Positions 35,957-47,900 of a stretch of DNA of 64,000 bases are shown here, in pieces (within the stretch, counting starts at the first letter, position 1; each line of letters starts with the position of its first letter). Where the stretch lies: assembly GCA_951804945.1 (NCBI GenBank), contig OX638159.1:38130001-38194000 (forward strand), written 5' to 3'. This stretch comes from Podarcis cretensis (taxonomy: Eukaryota). A model generated the notes under the pieces. That model saw nothing but the letters and a program-made list of their open reading frames with translations, made no database searches and was not told where the DNA came from. The position numbers were made by a program, and so were the translations under genes.

Positions 35957-37660
35957 GATGACCAATGGAGACGTGCTATGTGAGTCCTTTAAGCAGACCA
36001 ATTCCTAAATGGATTTGCCTTGCACTTTTACAACGCGGCAACTGGACCCAGCTAGTTAGCAGTGCTGACACTCCTCCTCGGTCTGGGTTTCTGCCTTTTT
36101 CTGTAGTAGATCCCAGGTGTTTCCACGAAATCCGCGGGGCCCTATAATCCTTCTCAGCAGAATTTCAAACGCTAGAGTCTACAGGCATGTGGGAGCGTGG
36201 CCGGGGGAAGGGGGAAGAAACCCTTATGTAGAGAAGACCGGGAGTCTTACTAGGGAGTCGGCCCGAGGGGACTCTCCCCCATAGCCTCCCGGAGCCAGTC
36301 TCCTCCGCACCCCCTGCACCACGGGGTCCAGGGGCAGCTCCAGCTCCCTGCCAGGAGGCGGCGGACAGGAGGTAGAAGCAGCAGCACCAAGCCAACTCTC
36401 CTTCTGCAGGGAGGAGGGGGGGGGGTTAGAAACCCCACAGCAGCGCTTACGCCGTCGGCAGTTAATACAAATGCCCTGGAGCGGCGGCGAGAGCCCCGGG
36501 TCGCCGTCCGTCTCAGGTGCACAGCGGGACTGGGGGGCTTGCGGTGTGCGCAGCGCTCCGCGCCGCCCTTCCTTCTAACACCCCCGCCGGCAGCAGCAGC
36601 AGCAGCAGAATGGGGGGTGTCGCTTCATTTTCCCAAGCAGCAGCAGCGGCGGCGACGGCGGCAGCAGCAGCGGGAGGCGGCGGCGGAGGAAGAAGCCGTT
36701 TCGCCGGCGCTGACATCGGGCTCCGGTAAAACGGCGGCTGAGGCAGGGCACCGGCCGCGCATCCCTTGCAAGGGCGGGATGATGAAGACGTGGGGGGGGG
36801 GCTAAAGGGGAGATGTGGCGGGTCCCCCTTCAGGCACGCCTGTTTCTGCAGCGGGAGAGCATCTTCCTCCGGCTCGGAGCTGGCAGATCAATCATTCACA
36901 GCAGCAGCAGCAGCAGCAGCGAGGCGGGAGGAGAAAAAGGAGGAGGAGTGGCGGTGGTGGTAACCGCGTCGATAGCAGCAGAGCCCCCTCGCGCCCCTCT
37001 CTGCAGCAGCGGGGCCACAGCGCGGGCTGCTGCGGCGACAGCGGGAGGAGGAGGAGGAGGAGGAGGGCGCTTGCCCCTACAACACCTCAGGCACCGTTCC
37101 CCCGACGGGCGGGAAGGCAGGCAGGCAGGCAGGCAGTCAAGGCGCGGGGCTCTCCAACCGCAGGGTCAATCCGTGCCCGGCCGCTCAGGCTCTTCCCTGC
37201 CCGCAAAAGCCTCTCCGCGCCGCCCGCTCACATCCTCCCGCCTCACACCTCCTCCTCCTCCTCCTCTCCCCGCCCTCGCACACACCTCCGCCTCAGTCAG
37301 TTGCTCCCTCACTCTCTCCCTCTGCCGGTTTCCCGCGCAGGACAGGCTGGGGGCGTGAGGGGGGAGAGCCGGGAGGGCGGCGCTCAGAGCTGGAGGCGCC
37401 AGAGAAGAGACGGGCGCCCCGCTCTCCCTTCCCTCGGTCCCTCCCACCGGCGCCCGCAGCCTCCCAAACCAAAAAAATGCAATTAAAAAAAGCGGTGGAA
37501 GGGCTGCGGCTGCAGCGGCGTGTAAGCAGCCCGGGCTAGGCGCGGGGTCTGCCCCTCCACTCGGGCCCAGCTCTTTCCCTGCGGGGCTGCGCGGTGCAAT
37601 GTCTTCTCTCGGCTACTCCGCAACCACGAACCCCCCGCGCGGCAGCACCTGCTTATTCTG
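35957..37660 (-). other. HOMER1: HOMER1 exon 1 5'UTR (GC-rich, triplet repeats, several uORFs); TSS and absence of an intron are inferred
   Basis: Continuous CpG-rich sequence between the TATA-like box (37684-37691) and the start codon. Confidence 0.65.
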
Positions 37661-37920
37661 CCTCCATCCTCTACTCGGGGACCTTTAAATAGGGCACGTC
37701 ACCACGCTCCCCTACGCATCGCCGTCACACACTGCTCCCGGCGCTGACGTCACCGGGGTGCGGGGGATGATGTCAGGTTGGTCCACGCCGCCGGAAGCGC
37801 TTCTATAATAGGGAATGGAATAGGGGCGCGCGCGAGTGCAAAGAGAGGAATGGATACGCTGGGCTGCTGCGACCCACCTCCAGGATCTTGGCTTGCCCCT
37901 GGTGCGTCGTCTAACCACCC
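36020..37920. promoter_or_regulatory. CpG island over the HOMER1 promoter and exon 1
   Basis: Abrupt rise in GC and CpG density relative to the AT-rich flanks. Confidence 0.9.
37683..37812 (-). promoter_or_regulatory. HOMER1 proximal promoter: TATA-like box, CRE cluster, ETS + CArG-like (SRE-like) element
   Basis: TATTTAAA (minus, 37684-37691); half-CREs CGTCA at 37697-37701 and 37723-37727; full CRE TGACGTCA at 37745-37752; TGATGTCA at 37768-37775; CCGGAAG at 37791-37797; CTATAATAGG at 37803-37812. Confidence 0.8.
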
Positions 37921-40900
37921 ACCCCCCATAGTTACCCTCAAAAAAATTGCTTATCTAGAAAGAGAAGTTCTGACTCTTCGTTTTCCACCTAAAGACTGAA
38001 AACATGCCGTGAAAGTAGCAAATACGCCCTGAAGCAAGTCAAATCCAGACTCTGATGCTGGGAGTCAGCGTTGCAATTTGAATTGCAAACCAGGCAGGCA
38101 GCTAGCACAATGCTAAAAGGGTCACGTCCTCTTTGATGTTGTTTATATGTTGCTTTGGAGATTTTTAGTCAAAGAGCAACTCATAAATACTTAAAATAAA
38201 TAGAATATTATACTACCCATAGTCTAAGGATGAAGTGGGCAACGACTAGATTGCACTGTAAAATATTTTTAGTAGAATTTTACGCATCTTTGGGTTTTTT
38301 TGGTTTTGTGTTAAATATGACTTCTATGATTGCATATAATAAACATATTTTCAAATAAAAGATGGCTTGTATGATTACAGCTTAAATTAGAAAGCATGAT
38401 GGCAAAAAACATTTAAAAATTAGAAAGAAGCCAATGCTGTGAATTGCTAAAGAGAATCGATCTACCTCTTGGTGGAAACAGGAAGCTGTTTCTAACCAAG
38501 TCATCAACCAACAAATCAGTTCCTCTTGGGCAGAATTGTGAATGCTAACCAGCAGCTGCTTGCCAGGTGTCAGACAGAAATATTTCCCAGTTCCTATCTA
38601 GACACCAGGGGCAGAACCAGGGAACTGAATAGAAAACTACTAGAAACCCACTTTTCATGTATCAACAGACATATAACTTAGTTATCTGTTTGCATTAAAA
38701 GTTTTACTGATTTTATGTGTTTTTGTTAATAATTTTTTTAGCAGTTTGCAGAATTTAGCTGTGTTTTATCAATAATTTTATTATGTACACCACTTAGAGA
38801 CAGGTGGGATATAGCAGCTGTCTCAGGCAGTGGAAGCCCCCAAGGCAGCATTCCTGCAGGAGCCCCACCTGCACTGCCGCCACCTGTGGAGAAGCAAGCA
38901 CCAATTTTCTGCAAGATGTTTGTGAGATCTTGTGAGATCTCAGCAGAACTTGCTGCCACTGTACAACCTAGCTGAGGGATGCTTCAATGGGGGTTGCAGC
39001 ACTTCCCATCTTGCCTCAAGTGTCAAAACAGGACACAGTGACCCTGCCTAGAGAGACCTGTGACTGAGCAGCCTCAAAATCTTAGATATAATTGTTACTG
39101 CTGGGTCTGGAAGAATTTGTAAGCAGAATTAAAATAAGCTGCTAGTACTGTTCCACAAGAGTTCATGTAATACTATATATAGATAGGAAAACATTTCTAT
39201 ATTGGAATCCTGTAATGCTAACTGTTTGCGTACAAATATACGGCCAGGAATTTACACAGATGAATGAAAAGAAATTGAAACATAGTATTCCTTAACATGA
39301 TAGAAGAGTAAAACTGTAATTTTTAGTTAAAGGAAGGAAATAAATGCAATTCAGCTCTTCCTACCTGCATGTCAATGACCTGGAGCTTTTATTTCCTTTC
39401 AGCTTGTCATTCTTTAGCCTTTTTTCTTTTTATTCACTTGCTTGTGGTTCCTTTTTACCTCATTCATTCTTTGCTCATATTGAGACGTCTTTGGTGGTCT
39501 TTACACACATAGCCCAGTCGTTTACTCTTGTGATGTTCTTGTGCTGACTCTTCAAATCTCTCAACGGTCTCAACTGCCGTCCCCATGGAAACCTCTAGAA
39601 CCTTCTAATTCCAGAAGCAGAGTAAAGAAATAATAGTTTACAAAAGCACCTGGTTTCAGACTTGTTTAAGAACAGCACATTCCAAACGAGGCAGAGAATA
39701 TTATACATTTGCCTTGTAAAGGCCCTCAGCCAAAGTGGGAAGAAGTAGATTTCCCCACATCTGATCCATTAGTTAACTCAAATCTACCTCAAGTTCTGAT
39801 TAGCTAATAAAAACCAAAACGTCTCATGGGAAACATACATGCTGCTATTTATAGACTTGCTTTCGCTGCTCCTGTTTAAAGGAGTATAAAGGAAACAACA
39901 AAGAAAATTAAATGGGTAACAAGCTTTCTAATTTGAAAACAGTTTGAATTAACTACATTGTTTAATTGGATGCTTTAATTTCCATGCATCCATTCAAAGT
40001 TTCAACAAGTACATTGGCCTCACGTTGATACCTATCGCCTCAAGCAATAATAGTGAACTTCCCAGAGAGGTAATCTGATACTAGTAACACAAGTGCATGT
40101 AGAAACATGTATTAATTGGTATTTAATGTCAGTTACTTTGAAACTGTGAAGTATGTTGTTATCTCTATGGTTTATTGATATACTGATTTTCAGCTCAAAG
40201 GTGAGGCAGTCTCTGACTTAATACACATTAGGAAGTGTAATTATTGGTACAAAATTCAAATGGGTGAAGATAGGCTCTAGCTTTGGGTAATTTTTTATTT
40301 TAAAATGTTCAAATTTATGACAGGAGTATGGAATTCACTTGGAAATGTAAGGTACAGAAACAAGAGTTGACACAGTTGCCCTTTCTTCTTCAAGTATGGG
40401 TCAGAAAGAGCAAAACATTAACAGCATCAATATGAAAACTGTCATATCCCAAGAAAATGGAATACCAGAAAGCTTTTACCTAACACTATTTAGAGCCCTT
40501 AATAAAAGATATGGACTATTGGAGCATGAAAGAAAAATTAAGCTCTTGTTACAAGCTACTAATCAGTATGTAACTGGAAAGGGCACCTCCTGCAGTATAG
40601 GCCTCAAGCCTCAGGAAAATAAATGTTTGGAATCCATTTCCCAAAACTGTTGTGGAGATTAGTGAGTTTTCAGAATATAAATTCATTTTGACATATATTA
40701 CTATGCTTATTTTATTTTTTAAATGTCAAAGTCTTAATTAAAAAAAAATCTGTTTAATGTATATTTTCTCTGGAGTTTTAAATATATTTTACTTTCATAT
40801 GCACTTTAAATATTTTCTATTTTGTTCTTTTTTTGATATGGTCTATGACCAGTACAACAATATTCTGTTTTATTCTATATAAGTTTAATAAACTACACAG

Positions 40901-42260
40901 ACTTAGTTTATCTCCCATTCAGCCTCTACAGGTTAATCCCCCACCCCAAGTCAGCAAAAACTCCTACTCTTTACTGCTCTATAACTCCAATAGGATCTGT
41001 AGATTTTCCTTCCGGGTTGTCAGAATTTGTTTTTCTCTTTGAACAGGAGACCCTCATTACCACAGAACAGAAACTGCTTTTGAAAGTCCTCCGGTGATGC
41101 TAGGAGCCAAAGTTATGTGGATCTAGATGTCCAGTATTATTTTTTGTTTTAACATTTTTCCCACAAGTGTCTACTTGTTAGGGTTCTAATCTTGTTTTAA
41201 ATGCATTTGTCATATTTGTGTTTTTAATTATTTTATGTGTAAATCAACTTGTGACAGTGGTTTAGAAGGTGATTAATAAAGTGTAATAATATAAAATGTA
41301 CAATTAACATAAAATATCAAAAGCAAATCCTAAACACTCTCTAAAGGAAAAAAGTCAATAAAACTGTAGTACTACATCACCAGCAGGTTCCTCAAAGCCC
41401 TTGAAAGTGTCACAGATATTCAACTTCTCTGCCTTAAAAAGTAAAAGTGATAGACATATATGTACTTTGGTAGGGAGCTCATTTTATAGCTTTGAGGCAA
41501 CCATATCTTATCTTTCCCCATGACTGACTGTACAGTATTGACTCCACCTTGACAGCAAGATGAAGCTGACAGCAAAACCACCTTTTGCTTCCCTTCCTTA
41601 AAGGACACGTCCATATGGGCTATTTATTCACACGAAAATTGGCTGTCCCACACTTTCTACTGCAATTATCCCTTCACAAAGCTAGCTGCTAAAGGTCCCA
41701 TATGAAAAGCAACCGAAAATTGCATTGGAAAACGTAAGATAACCACTAGCTGCCAATGCCATTATCTACATTAAAAAAAAAAACTCCTGAGCACAGTCGT
41801 GGCAGAGGAACGGGGGTACGGAGGGAGCGGACCGCCCCCGGCACCACTGTTCCAGTAGGGTGCCCTTGTGGTGGCCGGGCGCCACGCCCCCCAGGGGCAC
41901 CAGCCACACCCCTGTCTGCTCTCTGCTCCTGGTAGTCCTGGTAGTGGAGCATGCAGCTTCACCACTGTCTGTTAGTAAGGAAGTTGTTAGTCCAAAAGTT
42001 GGGTGGTACATTTATTGTTCCTTATTTATTTATCAAAATGACATATACATATGTGTATAAGTATATTTAATCAGTATAAATATTTAATTAATAGTGTCTC
42101 AGAGACTTTTTATGCTGACAAGTCTATGCAGTTGTTTAAAAATTATATTCAGTAGCCATTTTAATTACTGCTTTGTATTGCTGGGAATGATTTTGTATGT
42201 TTTCATACACCTGTACATTGTCTTGATATTTTATGGTGGTGATATACAATTTATTTATTA

Positions 42261-42262
<2 letters not shown>

Positions 42263-42294
<32 letters not shown>
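42263..42294. repeat. (GT)16 microsatellite
   Basis: Perfect dinucleotide run. Confidence 0.95.
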
Positions 42295-42297
<3 letters not shown>

Positions 42298-43409
42298 TGC
42301 TTGGTTAGTTTATTAGCATCTTTCCATGCTCTTCCCTAAAGTAGCCTTGAAGCAGTTAATATATGTAGAATATGGACATTACATACAAAGGTTTGCCTTG
42401 GTCAAAATTTAGTAAGCATACTACAGGATCTAGTGGGTATTTGACATGATTTATTGGCCAGAACATTTGCCTGGTTCTGGGCATTTAAACAGTAACCCCT
42501 GGTTACTAAAGCATTCCTGATGATGGAACAAAAAATTATACATAGTGCTTGAAATAAAGCGCAGAACTAGAATTTAAACACTAATTTGTAACATAATTTG
42601 TAACCTGAGATGTAGCACAAAAGAACCTGTGGAGGCCTAGCTGCTGTGTTACAGATGTTCCGTTCTCTCTCTCTCTTTAAAGTAACTACCTAGTCCATTA
42701 AGTTCCAGAAATATTAAACAGTAAACCCTCCAGTTCCCAATAATTCAGACAACTGACTGCAACACCCTTTGGATGACTGATAAACACTTAAAAACGTTTT
42801 TTGAAAAGCTTGATTGCATTTTAAAAAATGTTATTCAAGTATACAAAAACCAAAACACCTTTTAAAAAACCTTTGACTATTTTTTTAAAAAAATTAAATT
42901 AAATTAAATTAAGTAAATTAATTATATAAATTTAATTTATATCCCACCCATCTGGCTGGGTTTCCCCAGCCACTCTGGGCTGATTACAACATATAAAACA
43001 CAACAAAACATCAAACACTAAAAAACAAGATATCCTATACAAGCAACAAACCAACCGATACATCAATAAAAACCAATAACAATAATAACAACAATAAACA
43101 ATTTACAGTTATACCCAAATTAACCACCAACCCCAACTAAACATTTAACCAACACCAATCTGACAAAAATGAAATGGAGGATCCAAAATTAGAACAGTTT
43201 AAAACATTTTAGCCAGTTACCCCTACCCAAGAGTTGTTCCAACAACGTCCCTCCAGCCTCCCAGGAGCCTTTTAGCTGATCAGGGTGAATCTGGGCCCCA
43301 CCCCCTAGGCCAGGTGGAAATGGGTCTTCAGCAGGGAGCAGACTTTCTTCCAGCAGCAATCACAGGTTTGTGCTGCTTTGTGTCTTTACATCAAACTATA
43401 CACAACTAT

Positions 43410-43773
43410 GAGGGACGCAGGTGGCGCTGTGGGTTAAAGCCTCAGTGCCTAGGACTTGCCGATCGAAAGGTCGGCGGTTCGAATCCCTGCGGCGGGGTGC
43501 GCTCCCGCTGCTCGGTCCCAGCGCCTGCCAACCTAGCAGTTCGAAAGCACTTCCGGGTGCAAGTAGATAAATAGGGACCGCTTACCAACGGGAAGGTAAA
43601 CGGCGTTTCCGTATGCGGCTCTGGCTCGCCAGAGCAGCAATGTCACGCTGGCCATGTGACCCGGAAGTGTCTCCGGACAGCGCTGGCCCCTGGCCTCTTA
43701 AGTGAGATGGGCGCACAACCCCAGAGTCTGTCAAGACTAGCCCGTACGGGCAGGGGTACCTTTACCTTTACCT
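43410..43773 (+). mobile_element. Sauria SINE, full length, second subfamily
   Basis: GGGACGCAGGTGGCGCTGTGG, intact B box GGTTCGAATCC, (ACCTTT)n tail; 13-bp TSD TATACACAACTAT at 43397-43409 and 43774-43786. Confidence 0.93.
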
Positions 43774-44199
43774 TATACACAACTATTAAAATTATATGAT
43801 AAATCTTTTTTTGCAAAATTTTAATGCCCAATGGTAAAATCCTGTTAGCCAGAATGTAAATGATAAAGAAATTCTTGATCCAATGTGAGGAATAAGGGGA
43901 TGCAGGAACCAAATGCAGGAACCAAAGGGGAAGGAGTTCTTAAAGATGCATAGAGACTACTTATTGCCCAATGAGCTTTGAGTAGTGAAACTTTTATTCA
44001 AAGGTGATTCAGATGCAAGTCTTTCAAAAAGAATCCAGAATTGAATTTCGGATATGACTTTGCAAGCAAACTTTAAAAAATGTATCAGAATGTATGGACT
44101 ACCATAATGACATCCAATCTTAGAGTTACAGACGTTCATTGAAAGCCTTCACATGCATTAATTTATCAGCACAACCATTTCAAAACATAAAAGGCTGGT

Positions 44200-44985
44200 A
44201 TAGAATTGATTTTCTTCACATAATGTTGTGCTCTCGCGTCACTAGGAAACCCATAGATCGAAGCTGGAATGCATGGATGAACTACTTATGTAGGTGATGG
44301 GGTACACTGAAAATCTAAAATTGCCCTTGATATAATTCAAAAACTCTGAAACTCTGGTAGATTGTAGCAGAGGAATGTGGAGAAAATGTTGCTGTTGTTC
44401 ATTATTATCTAGCCATTGCAAAACCTGCATTGCAAATATAACTCACAGAAGCACCAGTTTATGACAATATTTTAATTTGCTTTGGCCCATTTCATATTCA
44501 AATGGCATACTTTAGTTCACTTGGTTATTTTTTAGAGCCTTCAGGAGCTGGGAATATATTGTGTGCATCAGGAGTCTTGGCACCAGGCTCCACTAATGGA
44601 TTCATGTCTGGAAAACACTTCAAGCGCTACAAAAGAATCCACATATTGTTAGCAATAGCCATGCAAATGTTGCATTTTTGAAGTTTTGTACATTGTAATG
44701 GTCTCATTTCAATAGAATTTATGAACCTTCCAAAACTGATTGCTGAGCAGCCTAATCAACACACATTATGTGAAATGTTTATAAAACAACACTCCAGAGT
44801 TCTAATGGATAAGTATTATGTATTCAAGAAATTGCAATCATCATCATGGATCAACTTCAAAATACCAGATGACACATATTGACATGGCTGGACTTTTACC
44901 GATTATTTGATAGATCTTGCCGTACAAACGATGTTGACCTTTTCATCTTTGCTCTTGGCAAAATTCATTCAATATTTGTTGCTCC
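44200..44985 (+). mobile_element. Decayed transposase fragment, Academ-like DNA transposon
   Basis: Frame 44364-44681 reads VAEECGENVAVVHYYLAIAKPALQI*LTEAPVYDNILICFGPFHIQMAYFSSLGYFLEPSGAGNILCASGVLAPGSTNGFMSGKHFKRYKRIHILLAIAMQMLHF*; further on, FDRSCRTNDVDLFIFALGKIHSIF. Motifs recalled from invertebrate Academ-type transposases. Confidence 0.65.
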
Positions 44986-47678
44986 TTACCACCCACATTT
45001 ATTTTGCTGTTTGATTGACTTAACTGTAGAAGACACTGCAAACAAGGTTGCAGCATCACAACAGGGAGGCATTCATGCATTTATTCACATGTGCTGCAAA
45101 GAGGAGGATGGTGATATGCATTTCAGTCAACATGCCTTTTAGTTGCCCATTATAAATGGCAAGGCTATTCAATGTGCCATGGTGCTTGCGAAGAGTAGTG
45201 GTGTGTGAACATCTCCATCATCAGCATCCAGCATGCCTTGAAACCCATTTGGGCAATTTGACCATTTCCTTCGAGTGCTTTTAAAACCACAGTGTTTTGT
45301 TCAAGCATTTTAAAGGAAGATTTGAAATAAATATATGGTGCTTCAGCTCCCTTCCCTGCATGAGTGTCTGCAAGGGAACAGGAGAAACAACTGTTCTGGA
45401 TGAGCCACAATCCTTGGATTTCCAATTAAAGAAGAAAAAAAGAACAAGTCTCAATTTGTTGTAGGCTCCAAGTTTCAAGGGGAAAGATGTAGGTACAATT
45501 CTGCCTATTTATTTTGTAAGAAACTAGTCTACTCCTGCCTTTCAGTGTTTGTAGCTGATGATTCACATTTAGGAATCAGAGCTAGCTAATTAGACAGAAA
45601 TAAAGTTAGAGTGCTACATCTATTGTCTGGAGAAGGAACTTGGTTTATTTTTAAGCCATTTGCTGCTCTTCTGGGTTGGAGAAGTGACTGCTTTCACATA
45701 GTAAACAAGTCAGAAATCTAGCATTTTTGTGATTAGGCAGCAGTGTGTCTACCAGAAAGCAAAAGATAGCAGTAAAGACAAAGAGTTCATGATCTTTCTA
45801 ACTCAGATCTTATTTCATACAAAAAAATGTGACACAGCCCATTTGATTACACTGTAAATGGCAATGGATACAAAGCCTGTCATTATATTGCAAGTGGCAG
45901 AGTTGTGGCTAAAAAAGCATTTGATACACCAGCCCTTTCCTGCTGTAGAAGCAGTAACAAATTCTACGATAATTCATGATTTTAGTAGATTTGATTTTGC
46001 CAGAGTTAAAATAACCTGTGTGAGGCATTTCAGGGCTTTCCCTTTACAGCATGCAGAGAGGAAAGGCAATCTGGCCACGTGAGATCTCCTACTGCATTAC
46101 CAGCTCACTTTGTTTCCTCACTGTGCACTGAGAATGAACAGCTACAGCTGGTGTTGGAGGAAGAGAAACCTGTGCAATCCAGGTTCCTGATGGGGGGGGG
46201 GATTTCAAGGGCACTTGCAAATCACCTGCTTATTGAGCATGCATCCGGATTTGTTTGAGGGGAGGTTAGATGACGTTGTGACAAAGCAAGTGTTATCCCA
46301 CACTTTCCAGTGCATTTTCCATCCCTTTCCTTATCACAAAAGTCCAGTCTTTTGGGGAAGCGAGTTTGTGTCACAAGAATTCCCAATTAACTATAACTGC
46401 ACGTCCTGAATTCGCCAATATGTGATTGACTCCCACTCAAAAATAGCAACAGTAAAAGCTTTAATGCCCAAATATGACTATTCAGGTGTTCAAAGAACAT
46501 AAAGTGCAGAGTAGTTTAGCAGTTAATCTTTCTTCCCAGGGAACTCTGAGAATTTTAGCTCTGTGAGGGGAATAGCAGTCTCCTAACAGCTCTCAACACC
46601 CATAACAACACTTCTCAAGATTCTTTGCAGGAAGCCAAGACTGTTTAAAGTCCTAGGATGCTGCTTTAAATGTACAGTGCAGGTAGGGCTATACATTCTT
46701 AATGTAAGTAATTTAAAACCCTGATTACACAGGGTTTTAAATCCCACAGAAAGCCCATGTGTACAAGGCAAGTTCCCTGCTTCAGACCTTCCAGAACTTA
46801 GTTTCCATCCCCCCCCAAATGAAGCCACTTTGGCAAGCACTTAGCAGCAGTCCTCTTAAACTTTGCAGCTGCTTCCTTCTCCTTTCTAGTTTTAGGCTCT
46901 GTTTGGAATCATCTTCTGTGTTGTGGGTCATGCTGACGTATCATTTGGACTAATAGTGTAAGAAGTTGCAGTGGACTCCACACCACCCCTGCTGCAGCAA
47001 GTGATAAATGTTTCGATGCTTCAAAATTTGTAACAATAATTATTTTATAAAGAAGAGAGATGTAATGGCCTCAGGATCAGACTCTCCAAGTTCAGGAAAT
47101 AGTGCCATGGATTTCTAGATGATGGGGCAGAAGAGGGAACTATGACTCCAACTAAGTCTCCTTTTCCAGAAGCCTGGAGGTTGCACTTTCATTGTCCAAC
47201 AAAGTCTGAGGAACGTGCCTAGGCCATCTCTTAACAATGCCCCTGGTGCAGAGAGCGAATGTCTGATCTAAAAGACTCTCCAGTGTGCCTGATACAAGTT
47301 TAACAATAGGATTGTTATGCACACCCCAATCTCTGAATGGTGTGATTTCAAGGGGGGGGGGTGCACCATGTTCCTGGTTATACATGGTTTTATTTACGCA
47401 TATAAACTGACTGAGCATAATGTGGATGGGTTCACAGCATTAGCACTCCAGCAGATCTTGCTCCCCTACTGGATTTTGGGTGGGAGGTTCCAAAACCATA
47501 GCTCTGGACCAAGGTCATAGTCAAGTGGGGATTTGAACCCTGGTCTCCCAGGTCCTATCCCAACACTCTAACCACTATTCCACACTGAGCATTTTTGTAC
47601 ATTCACCAATTATATCATCTCCAGATGACATCTCCAGATTGTCTCCCACTGCAAGAGTTACCCAATGAGTTTTGACTA

Positions 47679-47900
47679 CAGTGGTAACTCGGATTACATA
47701 CACTTCAGGTTACATACGCTTCAGGTTACAGACTCTGCTAACTTAGAAATTAAGAATTTTGCTTCAGGATGAGAACAAAAATTGTGCGGCGGTGGCAGTG
47801 GGAGGCCCCATTAGCTAAAGTGGTGCTTCAGGTTAAGAACAGTTTCAGGTTAAGAACGGACCTTTGGAACGAATTAAGTACTTAACCTGAGGTACCACTA
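47679..47900 (-). mobile_element. Tc1/mariner MITE, family A, copy 3
   Basis: Reverse complement of 8294-8519; TA flanks. Confidence 0.88.

Larger units (their letters stand above)
1..37660 (-). other. HOMER1: HOMER1 gene span (5' part: exons 1-4; exon 5 and later lie beyond the left edge; TSS approximate)
   Basis: Four exons with GT-AG boundaries splice in frame to [24 protein letters not shown]...KMELTSTPSQ, the Homer1 EVH1 domain. Introns: 11070-35951, 6720-10912, 3393-6587, and an intron running from 3299 to the left edge. Confidence 0.96.

Noticed and set aside
36517-37486. Long plus-strand ORFs (181 aa, 223 aa and others) with poly-Q/S/G/R tracts antisense to HOMER1 exon 1
   Set aside because: Stop-poor GC-rich CpG-island sequence with triplet repeats; the longest start at non-ATG codons and show no recognisable domain.
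41480-41760. Possible upstream HOMER1 enhancer (CCATATGG, CTATTTATT, TGACT motifs)
   Set aside because: The motifs are only partial matches to CArG, MEF2 and AP-1; unsupported without conservation or chromatin data.
42585-42660. Cys-rich reading (CNIICNLRCSTK...) as the zinc finger of the Academ-like relic
   Set aside because: It needs frameshifts, lies upstream rather than downstream of the catalytic fragment, and is too short to distinguish from chance.
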